Below are positions 16,917 to 25,513 of a DNA stretch of 43,980 bases, in pieces. Source of the DNA: a virus. Its lineage: Duplodnaviria > Caudoviricetes. The DNA is taken from the IMG/VR virus record IMGVR_UViG_3300020043_002247, positions 1-43,980 of that record; one strand, 5' to 3'. A program made the position numbers and the translations under genes. The notes beneath the pieces were generated by a model. It was not told the DNA's origin. It made no database searches and saw nothing but the letters and a program-made list of their open reading frames with translations. Numbering within the stretch: position 1 is the stretch's first letter; each line of letters starts with the position of its first letter.

Positions 16917-18183
16917 AATTTGCTATGCGTTGACCTATCCATGCCATAACTGGCACTGCCATTGAATTGCCTAAAGCTTTATATCTTGGCCCATCAGGCG
17001 ACTCTACAGCTTTGCGCCAAGGGATATTGGTGTAATTGTCTGGGAAGCCTTGCAAGCGTTCGCATTCAACGGGGGTTAGACGGCGCACGGCCATGTTGGG
17101 CTGCATGACCGTCCCTTCAAACCCACCACCTGCTGTGCGTGCCTTCAACGTACCAAACGCATCGACCATCGCGTTCTGTTCTTCATCTAAACCAATTGGC
17201 TGCGCCGCGAACAAACTACCGTTGGTTGCACTAGCATTACCGTTCCAATTACGACCATAAGCAGCTGTCAAGCAATCAGCGGTTTCACGAAATGCTATTG
17301 GCTGCGCTACGGCTAACTGATTGTCACCAGCATCTGCCCTTAATGTTGGACATAACCCAGGCTCTGCATCCCCATAGCCAAGCCGTTTTAATTTACCTGG
17401 TTCAAAAGCAATCGGCTGCGCTACATAACTTGTTTGCTTCATACCTGCTTCAGCAGCCAACGCACCAACAATCTGCCCATCCCCGTTCACCCAACGCACT
17501 TCATCGCGGGTATTTTGGGCAAACGCCATCGGCTGCGCTACTTCACTTGATTGGGGGCTTCTGCTTGGGTCGTTACTTGCTGTAAGGCTTGGTGCAACAA
17601 CTCTGGCAACTTCTTGCCTCTTTTCTCTGCTCGGCGCAGAATCCCCGCGCATGCTCTCTCGCTCAAAAAGAACTTCTGCGGCAGGTCGCCAGTCTCCAAG
17701 GTATCCGACAACGAACACACGACGGCGTCGCTGGGCCACTCCGAAGTATTGAGCGTCAAGCACTCGGTAGGCGAACCCATACCCGAGTTCAGCCAACGCC
17801 CCAAGGAAGGAACCAAAGTCCCGTCCACCGCCTGAACTGAGGACACCCGGCACGTTTTCCCATACGAACCACTGGGGTCTAAAGTGGTCAAGAATCCCGC
17901 AATAGACAAGGGCAAGGTTTCCTCGCGGGTCGGCAAGTCCTTTGCGGAGTCCGGCAACTGAAAAAGATTGGCAAGGGGTTCCTCCGACCAGAAGGTCAAT
18001 TGATTCAAGATTCCACTCCTTATACTTTGTCATGTCACCAAAGTTAGTGACTTCGGGGTAGTGATGTTTGAGTACCGCAGATGGGAAAGGCTCAATCTCA
18101 GAATAACCAACCGCTTCCCATCCCAATGGATGCCAAGCAACTGATGCAGCCTCAATACCGGCGCAAACAGATAAATATTTCAT
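16900..18183 (-). CDS. DNA (cytosine-5) methyltransferase
   Basis: Motif I CAGIEA, IV GGTPCQSFS, VI ENVPG, VIII QRRRRVF, IX RRLTPVECERLQGFP, X YKALGNSMAV. Confidence 0.95.
   Translation of the reverse strand: MKYLSVCAGIEAASVAWHPLGWEAVGYSEIEPFPSAVLKHHYPEVTNFGDMTKYKEWNLESIDLLVGGTPCQSFSVAGLRKGLADPRGNLALVYCGILDHFRPQWFVWENVPGVLSSGGGRDFGSFLGALAELGYGFAYRVLDAQYFGVAQRRRRVFVVGYLGDWRPAAEVLFERESMRGDSAPSREKRQEVARVVAPSLTASNDPSRSPQSSEVAQPMAFAQNTRDEVRWVNGDGQIVGALAAEAGMKQTSYVAQPIAFEPGKLKRLGYGDAEPGLCPTLRADAGDNQLAVAQPIAFRETADCLTAAYGRNWNGNASATNGSLFAAQPIGLDEEQNAMVDAFGTLKARTAGGGFEGTVMQPNMAVRRLTPVECERLQGFPDNYTNIPWRKAVESPDGPRYKALGNSMAVPVMAWIGQRIANYEQQA
17538..18008 (-). CDS. Overprinted gene in alternative frame of MTase (M.EcoHK31I beta-like)
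   Basis: 156-aa open frame; TTG start 7 nt after TAAGGAG; RWLNSGM..EWPS..CSLSDTLET..FLSERACAGILRRAEKRGKKLP. Confidence 0.7.
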   Translation of the reverse strand: MNQLTFWSEEPLANLFQLPDSAKDLPTREETLPLSIAGFLTTLDPSGSYGKTCRVSSVQAVDGTLVPSLGRWLNSGMGSPTECLTLNTSEWPSDAVVCSLSDTLETGDLPQKFFLSERACAGILRRAEKRGKKLPELLHQALQQVTTQAEAPNQVK

Positions 18184-18278
18184 TTAAGAATCCAGAACCC
18201 AATAGATACAGCACCAATTGCAGTACCCAACCCAACTAAGAACCCACTTATAAATATAATAATTACGTAAGTTTCCAT
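18180..18278 (-). CDS. Small membrane peptide (32 aa, not in ORF track)
   Basis: METYVIIIFISGFLVGLGTAIGAVSIGFWILK; ATGA overlap with MTase start. Confidence 0.5.
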   Translation of the reverse strand: METYVIIIFISGFLVGLGTAIGAVSIGFWILK

Positions 18279-18328
18279 TTTCTTTTTCCTGTCTGCCTGG
18301 CTCAAAAAGTGAGCCACCTGCCTTTTTC

Positions 18329-18559
18329 TCATTCCGCAATTTTCCGTTCGCGGTTCTGCTTAAATAGAAAGTCATTCCTGTACTCACTAGGTGGTATCCA
18401 AGTGGCACCTGTATTCTGGTCAATGACAACTTTTCTAAACGACTTCATGACATCAGCACCATGTGTCCATACCCTACCCCACGTAGTTTTAAATTCGTCT
18501 TCTGGACGTTGTGCTGGCCTTATTTCAGCCACAATTGATAAACGATCATGACGTTTCAT
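18329..18559 (-). CDS. Hypothetical protein
   Basis: 76 aa, GGAGG RBS, ATGA overlap. Confidence 0.65.
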   Translation of the reverse strand: MKRHDRLSIVAEIRPAQRPEDEFKTTWGRVWTHGADVMKSFRKVVIDQNTGATWIPPSEYRNDFLFKQNRERKIAE

Positions 18560-18783
18560 ACTTCCTCCTGAATAAAAAGTTTCAATTGAATTACTACTTT
18601 CTTAATTTTAGGCGGGTTAACTTTACGTATCTTCTCCACCATCACATGCACACGTTTAGTATATTTCCATTTTTCGGTAGGAGGCACTTCCACTAGAAAC
18701 CTTTCACCACGGTCTTTTGAGTCAATGACTCGACCACGTTCTCCGGTTTCGCAGATTAGTACCCAATCCCCCTCATTGATCAC
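18556..18783 (-). CDS. Hypothetical protein (SH3/KOW-like)
   Basis: EGDWVLICETGERGRVI. Confidence 0.6.
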   Translation of the reverse strand: MINEGDWVLICETGERGRVIDSKDRGERFLVEVPPTEKWKYTKRVHVMVEKIRKVNPPKIKKVVIQLKLFIQEEV

Positions 18784-19136
18784 AACGTCACTCGCCCTTC
18801 CATCCTCGCATTAGCTTGCTGTGTCCTCCACACATCAATCCTAGCTTGAGCAGCAATTAACTCCCACCTGTACTTCTCTTCCTCCTCTACTGCTACTTCA
18901 ATGCTTTTTAATAAGTCTTGATACTCTTGATGAGAGTAAGCTTCCCTCTCCTGCCCACCTATCGTTGATTCAATACTCTTTGACATCAACAGGGCTTTCT
19001 TTGATTTCCTGAACTCTTCTAAATAGATTCTGGTAGCCTTAGCCTTGGCATATGGAGCAGCGTATTTAAAGATATGATCAACAGCTACATGAGGGTCAAT
19101 CACTCTCTCTTTATTAATGTCAGACATGTTGCTCAT
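18780..19136 (-). CDS. Coiled-coil phage protein
   Basis: YLEEFRKSKKA..EREAY..RIDVWRTQQANAR. Confidence 0.75.
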   Translation of the reverse strand: MSNMSDINKERVIDPHVAVDHIFKYAAPYAKAKATRIYLEEFRKSKKALLMSKSIESTIGGQEREAYSHQEYQDLLKSIEVAVEEEEKYRWELIAAQARIDVWRTQQANARMEGRVTL

Positions 19137-19321
19137 TTGTCTTTCCCCTCTGTGATTATTTTCCTCACCTGAATCATTGTCTGAGCTATGTCGTAAGCTC
19201 TAACGCCTATCTCGTGGTCACTATCAAACTCATCGCTAACCATGAGTAAGCCAGTTAACGCACAGCCAGCAAAGTAATCAATTAATTCGTCATCCATATG
19301 TCTTTCTCCCGTACTCCGCAA
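19133..19321 (-). CDS. Hypothetical protein (probable start MDDEL)
   Basis: DYFAGCALTGLL..AYDIAQTM. Confidence 0.65.
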   Translation of the reverse strand: MRSTGERHMDDELIDYFAGCALTGLLMVSDEFDSDHEIGVRAYDIAQTMIQVRKIITEGKDK

Positions 19322-19751
19322 TCAATAGTGCCTCAGCTAAATTATGATGCTTTTTTAAATTTAGATTTGCTGTAGGCCACATCTGCCGAGCTAACTCTAA
19401 CGACCCAAACTTGTCAGCACCTAAGCCAAAGAACTTCTTCCACACTTGAGGTCTGACCCATTCCACCTGATCACACACTAACTGACTGACAGCTTCAATA
19501 GCACCTGCTGCCCTCATAAACCTGCCTGTACTAGCTATTCCCTGATTCGGTCTGGTGGCTACAGTTTCTATACAGATAGAGAATGAATCACCAGCTACCG
19601 TAATCTTGTAAATCAACTCCTTTAGCTGACGGACATCAATCTTGTCTTCAATAGCGGGGATGTCATACATCCAAACAAATTCCCCGTTATGGTTTATTGA
19701 TGCTATTGCTCCTGACCGTAGTCCAGGGTCGATCCCCACAAATATAGGCAT
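19290..19751 (-). CDS. RuvC-like Holliday junction resolvase
   Basis: GIDPG, CIE, VRPQVWKK, AEALLIAEYG. Confidence 0.85.
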   Translation of the reverse strand: MPIFVGIDPGLRSGAIASINHNGEFVWMYDIPAIEDKIDVRQLKELIYKITVAGDSFSICIETVATRPNQGIASTGRFMRAAGAIEAVSQLVCDQVEWVRPQVWKKFFGLGADKFGSLELARQMWPTANLNLKKHHNLAEALLIAEYGRKTYG

Positions 19752-20035
19752 TACTGTCTTTGCTTGGCTATACGATCAAGGATTTTCTCAGCAGCATTTC
19801 TCAACGCTGTGCAGACTTCACCTTCATCTTCTTCATCAGCTAACTTATTGACTAACTCAGCACAGGCTTGGCGCTCAATCATAATGGCCTGCTTACTGGT
19901 TTCTATAGCCACCGCCATGATCTCAGCCTGAGCTAACGTCAATGCCTCATCAAACTCCTTTTGCGTAAACACTTCAACATGCCCACTGTTTGCTAAGAAC
20001 TTCTTTGAAAAATTACTTAGTTCACTCATTTCCAT
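19751..20035 (-). CDS. Hypothetical protein
   Basis: 94 aa, GGAG RBS, ERQACA motif. Confidence 0.7.
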   Translation of the reverse strand: MEMSELSNFSKKFLANSGHVEVFTQKEFDEALTLAQAEIMAVAIETSKQAIMIERQACAELVNKLADEEDEGEVCTALRNAAEKILDRIAKQRQ

Positions 20036-20277
20036 TCTCCTTGTTGACCACGGTTACCTTTTTTCCACTGTTCGAGTACGTCACGTTCGAGAATTGAATT
20101 TGGATGCCTGTCGTTCCATCCCTTAACTGCATTTCCCCTGTCATCAAGCCACCCTTTAAGGAACTTATGTGCAGAGTCTCGATCTTCAATCCTTCGGCGA
20201 ATGACCCACCTAACCAAACAGCGATGTCGCTCTTGGTCAGCGCCCTGCCCCTCATTAGAAATTTCCTTTTCCATCAA
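20026..20277 (-). CDS. Hypothetical protein
   Basis: RHRCLVRWVI...EQWKKGNRG; overlaps both neighbours. Confidence 0.55.
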   Translation of the reverse strand: MMEKEISNEGQGADQERHRCLVRWVIRRRIEDRDSAHKFLKGWLDDRGNAVKGWNDRHPNSILERDVLEQWKKGNRGQQGEWK

Positions 20278-21265
20278 ATGACATCGGAACTGAATCCGCG
20301 CTCTCTACAAATTGTTGACTATCTCGGTGATAGTAAAGACCAAACCAATCCTCCGCTTCGCCGTTCCTCTGCTTCTCACACATAACAAATAGATCGTGTT
20401 CTGTCTCATCTACTATCTGACCCTGCTGCCTTTTATGTTCTTTACGTTTATTACGCTGAATCATCAGGACGTTATCTACCTGATCCGTAATCGAGCCCGA
20501 ACCCTTAATATCAAACTTGTTAGGGGTTATCTCCTCGCTTTGCAGCTTCTTGATGTGATGCACTAAGTGAATATGAATGTTGTGATCCCGCGCTAAAGAC
20601 GTCAGCTCGTCAACGAAGTACTTCTGATCGTTATAGGCATCCTCACCAGGTATGCACTTCATTAGGCTGTCAATGAATACGTCAGTGACTCCAAGCTCAA
20701 GAGCACAGTACCTAGCCATCGCTATAACTTGCTTGGTGTTGGTCGTACCCTGTTGGTCGTAGAAGTACATGTTGTTTATAGCGTATAGCTCCATACGCTC
20801 TAGGAAAGGGGCTAGGAACTTGTCTCTGCCTGAAATCATAGGTGCGTCAGTGTTGACGCCTGCAAACTGTCTGAGCATCCTCTGTAGCGTCCTTAACGGC
20901 TTCATCTCAAAGCTGGCTACACAGACGCGCTTTTGCTGATTAATAAGACCCAAAGCAATCTGACCTGTGACTAACGACTTACCGCCACCGTTACCACCGG
21001 CATAGACAGTCACCTCGCCTGGTCTAAACTGGAAACTCATGTGAGTCTTATTCCAAGGCATAAAGTAATCAGGTCGCGGTTTAGCTGGCGTGACAAGCTC
21101 AACCCACATCTCGTCAATAAAGTCTTGTACGTTTCTTACCTTTTCACTAATGTCAGAAGCTTGTAAGTATTTCTCAACATCAATGTCAGCAGATCGGATG
21201 ATGGACTTCTTACGGTACTCATCAAGCTCTGCGGCTCGTCTTTCAATTAATGGAACATCAGACAT
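20255..21265 (-). CDS. Replicative helicase (DnaB/T7 gp4-like SF4)
   Basis: Walker A GGNGGGKS, SFEM, FIDSL, LVHH, IKGSGSITDQVD, EKQRNG. Confidence 0.9.
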   Translation of the reverse strand: MSDVPLIERRAAELDEYRKKSIIRSADIDVEKYLQASDISEKVRNVQDFIDEMWVELVTPAKPRPDYFMPWNKTHMSFQFRPGEVTVYAGGNGGGKSLVTGQIALGLINQQKRVCVASFEMKPLRTLQRMLRQFAGVNTDAPMISGRDKFLAPFLERMELYAINNMYFYDQQGTTNTKQVIAMARYCALELGVTDVFIDSLMKCIPGEDAYNDQKYFVDELTSLARDHNIHIHLVHHIKKLQSEEITPNKFDIKGSGSITDQVDNVLMIQRNKRKEHKRQQGQIVDETEHDLFVMCEKQRNGEAEDWFGLYYHRDSQQFVESADSVPMSFDGKGNF

Positions 21266-21668
21266 GGTTTAGTGCCTCAGTTATTCTTTGATATGCCACA
21301 CGTAACCTATCGGTATCCGTTTGGGTTATTTTCTTGCCTCTTGCCATGTCGTTAGCACATATCGAAACGATAGTTGCCTCAAATGAAATTATCTTTAATA
21401 AGTCAGCTGGGTGAAATCTTGGCTTAACCTTTGGATGGTGATGCCCCTCAACGTCAGGAAACAAATCCCCAAACTCCATACCAATCGCACCCAAAACTTC
21501 CTGCACCGAACACCCAGCAAAACAGTGAATTAGTATTCTGCCATCATCCTTCTCAGAAAGAGCCAAGGACGGGCTTTTGTCAGCATGGTGAGGGCATGAT
21601 GCCACCCACCTTCCGTTTTTGCCTCTAACGCGCTCTAAACGCGCCAGAAGGGCATTCATTTTGCTCAT
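21258..21668 (-). CDS. Primase-type CHC2 zinc-binding domain protein (no TOPRIM domain)
   Basis: CPHHADKSPSL...HCFAGC; only 136 aa. Confidence 0.8.
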   Translation of the reverse strand: MSKMNALLARLERVRGKNGRWVASCPHHADKSPSLALSEKDDGRILIHCFAGCSVQEVLGAIGMEFGDLFPDVEGHHHPKVKPRFHPADLLKIISFEATIVSICANDMARGKKITQTDTDRLRVAYQRITEALNHV

Positions 21669-22324
21669 AGAACTCTCCGAAGTGACATCCCTGCGGATTC
21701 GTTATCATCTAACCAACGGTCTTGATTCAAATATGTTAACGGAGCAGGATCGTATCCAGACAGCCATTGATCCGATAGTTTCATTTTCTTAACGTGAGCA
21801 ATAATCCTGTCAGCAATCTCATCTAGGTTCCTCTTATTCCATTTCTTTATGCAACCACCTTTTCCAATCTTACGTTTTGATGAAGGCCACACATTCCAAA
21901 ACTCTTCAAACCGCACGCCGTCACAACGTGACGAAGGGGTTTTATTCTTGGTTCTAGGTTCTTGGTTAGGGTTTTTTTTGGAAACCACTTCGGTTAGCGT
22001 TTGGGTTACGTCTTTTTTAGGTCTTCCACCACGCTTTCCAACTTCACGATTGAACTCAACTTTACGTTGGTAATTTTTTAACTCTTCATCACATCTAGCA
22101 TTGTGATAACCGTCTTTTTTCTTATCGAAGAACTCATTGAGTATCGTTTCCACCAAATCAACTTCCATACGAATCTTTTTGGAAACTGTGTGTGTATCCA
22201 AAGAAATAGGTGCCTCAGACATATAATACAAATCTAACAACCTTCTGTATGTCAAATCTTCTGCTTCGGACAAGTAGTGCGTCCTAGTCAGATAGTCACC
22301 AATGTGGAATTTGTACCAATTCAT
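21665..22324 (-). CDS. Replication initiator (DUF1376/YdaU-like)
   Basis: WYKFHIGDY..LSEAEDLTYRRLLDLYY; GKRGGRPKK; FEEFWNVWP..PLTYLNQDRW. Confidence 0.8.
   Translation of the reverse strand: MNWYKFHIGDYLTRTHYLSEAEDLTYRRLLDLYYMSEAPISLDTHTVSKKIRMEVDLVETILNEFFDKKKDGYHNARCDEELKNYQRKVEFNREVGKRGGRPKKDVTQTLTEVVSKKNPNQEPRTKNKTPSSRCDGVRFEEFWNVWPSSKRKIGKGGCIKKWNKRNLDEIADRIIAHVKKMKLSDQWLSGYDPAPLTYLNQDRWLDDNESAGMSLRRVL
21945..22012. repeat. Origin-like iteron region inside initiator gene
   Basis: Clustered GGTT/AACC repeats in the linker, the usual lambdoid ori position. Confidence 0.5.
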
Positions 22325-22530
22325 TTTATTTTTCCGAACAAATCTGGACGTAGGGTTTCACGCTTAACTTTGTTTCCCGTTAATTGGCAAATAAGCACAG
22401 TTAACCCCGCCGATGGGACATCCCTGCCATTAATAATTTGCGATAACCAACTTGGACTAATCTTTAAATGCTCTGCCATTTTCTGCTTAGAACCTAGTGG
22501 CTGCTTGTTAAACCATTCTTCTAACGTCAT
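22321..22530 (-). CDS. Cro-like (YdaS-like) HTH regulator
   Basis: KQKMAEHLKISPSWLSQIING..TGNKVKRETLRPDLF. Confidence 0.85.
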   Translation of the reverse strand: MTLEEWFNKQPLGSKQKMAEHLKISPSWLSQIINGRDVPSAGLTVLICQLTGNKVKRETLRPDLFGKIK

Positions 22531-22547
22531 ACGATCTCCTTTGTGTA

Positions 22548-22606
22548 TTTAACCTAATCTTAAAGCCTAAAAATTGGATTGTAAAGTAAAATTAAAGTGC
22601 TATACT
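22548..22606. promoter_or_regulatory. Divergent overlapping sigma70 promoters with two operator-like sites
   Basis: Plus: TTGTAA-16-TATACT with TGn extension; minus: TTTACA-17-TAAGAT; TTTAA-N7-TTAAA at 22548-22564 and TGTAA-N7-TTAAA at 22580-22596. Confidence 0.7.
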
Positions 22607-22625
22607 AAAGCCGCTGTAACTTTAT

Positions 22626-22823
22626 ATGAAAGGAAACAGTATGTGTAGTGAACTTCACCAACTAATGCTTGAAAGGCAAGAACGGCTGGAGGAAGCATTA
22701 ATTAAGGCAGAAACCACCAAAGCAACAAGTGAAGATTGGTCAATAATCTGGGCCGAATGTGGCCTTAAACGACCCATAAACTTAGGAGAAAACAATGGCA
22801 TTAATAGCATCAGGTGCAAATAA
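22626..22823 (+). CDS. Hypothetical protein (probable start 22641)
   Basis: AAGGA RBS before ATG at 22641; first gene of plus-strand operon. Confidence 0.65.
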   Translation: MKGNSMCSELHQLMLERQERLEEALIKAETTKATSEDWSIIWAECGLKRPINLGENNGINSIRCK

Positions 22824-23454
22824 ATCCAGCAAATTTGAGATAGTTCCTTCAGGTAGCCACCTAGCACGTTGCTATCAAATCGTAGACCTTGGAACGCAAC
22901 AAACAGAGTGGAATGGCAAACCTAAATTGCAGCATTCTGTATTGATTTACTTTGAAGTTCATGGGGAAGACGCAAACGGTAAGCCAACATCAACACCTGA
23001 TGGTAAGCCTATGATGATTACCAAAAAATATACAGTTAGCCTTTCTGACAATTCTTATCTACGTGCTGACCTTCGTGGTTGGAGGGGTAGAGAGTTTACA
23101 AAAGAAGAGTTAGATAAATTTGAGCTAAAGAATGTACTTGGTCATTGGGCTATGTTGTCTGTCATCCATAACGAATCTAAGGGCGTCACCTACGCAAACA
23201 TTGACTCTATTACCCAAGTTTCATCAGTCGTTAAAAAAGCAGGGTTACCAGAGCCACATAACGAACTCGTTCTGTTTGACTTAGATGAGCCTGACATGGA
23301 AGTGTTTAATAAGTTCAGTGCTGGCTTACAAGAGAAGATCAAAGCATCTGCTGAATGGCGCACTAAGTTTGGGAACTTTGATCCAAGTGAAACTCAGCAT
23401 GGGAAACCTAAACATGCTGATTCTGATATGGATGACGATATACCTTTTAATTAG
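22795..23454 (+). CDS. Putative single-stranded DNA-binding protein
   Basis: ARCYQIVDLGTQ N-terminus; acidic DDDIPF tail typical of SSBs. Confidence 0.7.
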   Translation: MALIASGANKSSKFEIVPSGSHLARCYQIVDLGTQQTEWNGKPKLQHSVLIYFEVHGEDANGKPTSTPDGKPMMITKKYTVSLSDNSYLRADLRGWRGREFTKEELDKFELKNVLGHWAMLSVIHNESKGVTYANIDSITQVSSVVKKAGLPEPHNELVLFDLDEPDMEVFNKFSAGLQEKIKASAEWRTKFGNFDPSETQHGKPKHADSDMDDDIPFN

Positions 23455-23462
23455 AACGGGTC

Positions 23463-23500
23463 TATAATGGGTTAGTTTCAAGCACAGGGAGCTAACCATG
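23463..23500 (+). promoter_or_regulatory. TATAAT box plus RBS-sequestering hairpin
   Basis: TATAAT 23463-23468; stem 23470-23479/23488-23497 covers GGAG. Confidence 0.6.
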
Positions 23501-23959
23501 ATTCGTTCTAAAGAATGTTTTAAGTGCAAGACCGTCAAGCCATTAGAGGAGTTTTATAAACATCCAAAAATGACTGACGGTCACGTAAATAAATGCAAAG
23601 ATTGCAACAAAAAAGATGTTCATGAAAATAGAAATAAAAAAATTGACTATTACCGTCAGTATGACCGGGAAAGAGCAAAAGACCCGGCGCGAAATAAAGC
23701 TGCGGCAGAAATTAGCTCCGCATGGAGAAAAGCAGATAAACGACGTACTGCCGCACATAATGCAGTTACTAGGGCAGTAAGAGCAGGAAAACTTATTCGC
23801 CAACCATGTGAAAGATGCGGGGAAGTAAAAAGTTATGCCCATCATGAAGATTATGATTTTCTCCTTGATGTGGTTTGGCTTTGCCAACCGTGCCATAAAC
23901 AAAGACATAAAGAAATAAATGCACTTTTGAAAGCAAATATTAATGTTACCAATAATTAA
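23498..23959 (+). CDS. HNH-type endonuclease with Zn-finger N-terminus (possible homing endonuclease)
   Basis: CFKC..CKDC; CERC..AHHEDY..WLCQPCHKQRH; AT-rich relative to flanks. Confidence 0.75.
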   Translation: MIRSKECFKCKTVKPLEEFYKHPKMTDGHVNKCKDCNKKDVHENRNKKIDYYRQYDRERAKDPARNKAAAEISSAWRKADKRRTAAHNAVTRAVRAGKLIRQPCERCGEVKSYAHHEDYDFLLDVVWLCQPCHKQRHKEINALLKANINVTNN

Positions 23960-23980
23960 ATATATTAATCGACCGTTCTG

Positions 23981-24310
23981 ATGGAGGCGGCTATGAACAA
24001 TCAATTTGATATGTTCGAGCCGCTTTTTGTTTCCAAGACAAAAGAGCTGACTCGATCTAAAGACCCTAGCACCTCAAAGAAAGCGGCAGTAAGAGTTAAG
24101 GATTTTGCCGAAAGTATGTGCGGCAAGATTTATGAAGAACTCAAAAAAGCCGATGGAACTTATGAGGAACTGTCTAACAGGACAGGATTAACTCCTCATC
24201 AAGTGGGAAGAAGGTTGTCTGACTTACAAAAAGCAAACAAAGCAGAGCCTACAGACAAAGAACGTCCTGGGGCTTCTGGTCGAGCGCAGCGCATATGGAG
24301 GGCTATATAA
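23981..24310 (+). CDS. Winged-HTH protein (probable start 23993)
   Basis: RSKDPSTSKKAA..TYEELSNRTGL..RRLSDL..SGRAQRIW. Confidence 0.7.
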   Translation: MEAAMNNQFDMFEPLFVSKTKELTRSKDPSTSKKAAVRVKDFAESMCGKIYEELKKADGTYEELSNRTGLTPHQVGRRLSDLQKANKAEPTDKERPGASGRAQRIWRAI

Positions 24311-25075
24311 GTGTCTTTAGTCATTAAATCATTTACAGCGGAGGCTGGACACTGGTACACGAAGGAGGGTGTGCCAGCCTATACCGTCATAGGATCAAAC
24401 GGTAAGGAGCGTAATACAACCTTACGTGACGCTAGAAAGCTTAACCTCTTACCGTCAGTCACAACGATCCTAAATATCTCAGCCAAGCCAGGATTAAACG
24501 TCTGGATGCAAAAGCAGGTATTGATGGCAGCTTTGACTCTCCCCCGTAGAGATGGGGAGTCAGAGCCAGACTACATTGATCGCATCATCAGAGACTCTAA
24601 AGAGGAAGGTAAATCTGCCGCAGACTTTGGTACAGAAATACATGCCAACATCCAGCAGTTCTATGAAGGACGTCCATACGACCCCAAGCATGAGCCATTC
24701 GTCAGTGGATGTAATGACATCCTTTCAAAAGAGCTTGGACTTCAAAATTGGGTTTGTGAACGATCTTTCTCCCACGAGTTAGGCTTTGGCGGCAAAGTAG
24801 ACATGCACTGTGAAAACTTTATCGTAGACATTAAAACGAGGGAATTTACAGACGGTGCAGACGTTGCTGCCTATGACGGTGAACTCATGCAGTTGGCAGC
24901 TTACAGGGCTGGTTTAGGCCTTCCAAATGCCCGTTGCGCTAACGTATACCTAAGCCGTAACGTACCTGGTCTATGTGTCGTTAAAGAATGGTCAGAAGAA
25001 GACTTGATACGAGGCTGGAAGATGTTCTTACACCTATTACAGTTTTGGCAAATTAAGAATAACTACGAGGGATAA
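24311..25075 (+). CDS. PD-(D/E)XK exonuclease (recombination)
   Basis: PSVTTIL, GTEIH, GGKVD, VDIKT, QLAAY. Confidence 0.85.
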   Translation: MSLVIKSFTAEAGHWYTKEGVPAYTVIGSNGKERNTTLRDARKLNLLPSVTTILNISAKPGLNVWMQKQVLMAALTLPRRDGESEPDYIDRIIRDSKEEGKSAADFGTEIHANIQQFYEGRPYDPKHEPFVSGCNDILSKELGLQNWVCERSFSHELGFGGKVDMHCENFIVDIKTREFTDGADVAAYDGELMQLAAYRAGLGLPNARCANVYLSRNVPGLCVVKEWSEEDLIRGWKMFLHLLQFWQIKNNYEG

Positions 25076-25076
25076 C

Positions 25077-25298
25077 ATGCTAGAAGAAAATCTTATTAAA
25101 TCTATTTATATGCAGTCTGACTTTCCTAGAAATGGTGCTCTAATTGCTACAGAGGTAGACATTGTGCAATTTGCTCACCGGATAGAAGAACAGGTAGCTT
25201 TGCAGTATGCTCGTCAGGAACGAGACGTCTGTATAAAGATTGTCCGTTCTTTAAATACCGAGGTAGCTCGTGCGCTGGAGGAAAAGCGCCAATTTTAG
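25077..25298 (+). CDS. Hypothetical protein
   Basis: 73 aa, GAGG RBS. Confidence 0.65.
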   Translation: MLEENLIKSIYMQSDFPRNGALIATEVDIVQFAHRIEEQVALQYARQERDVCIKIVRSLNTEVARALEEKRQF

Positions 25299-25306
25299 GA
25301 GACGAT

Positions 25307-25513
25307 ATGGTTTATGCCCCGCTTGAATTTGACCTTCAGTTAGTAGTACAAAAATCTGACGATTATGACAACGGAACTATTAATTCAGAAACTCAATTAT
25401 GTAAGCTCTTGATGCTGGCTTACCATAAAGGGTTTGATGATGGGGTAGAAGATACAGAAGCTATGCAACTTAATACGCATATTCTGATGTTTCATACAGG
25501 CGGTCATTGCTAA
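25307..25513 (+). CDS. Hypothetical protein
   Basis: 68 aa, AGGAG RBS. Confidence 0.65.
   Translation: MVYAPLEFDLQLVVQKSDDYDNGTINSETQLCKLLMLAYHKGFDDGVEDTEAMQLNTHILMFHTGGHC

Noticed and set aside
16900-18183. Restriction-modification system with adjacent HNH gene
   Set aside because: The 97-aa neighbour looks like a Ref/DUF968-type phage nuclease; an orphan MTase is the simpler reading
20022-20255. Alternative-frame 77-aa ORF
   Set aside because: Competes with 20026-20277, which looks more protein-like; cannot be fully excluded because it has a start-stop overlap with the helicase
23543-24004. 153-aa minus-strand ORF opposite the HNH gene
   Set aside because: Phe/Ile-rich mirror of Lys/Asn-rich codons; no expression signals
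24311-25075. Cas4 / CRISPR adaptation gene
   Set aside because: No four-Cys Fe-S cluster pattern evident, no cas genes or array; sits with SSB-like gene in a recombination operon
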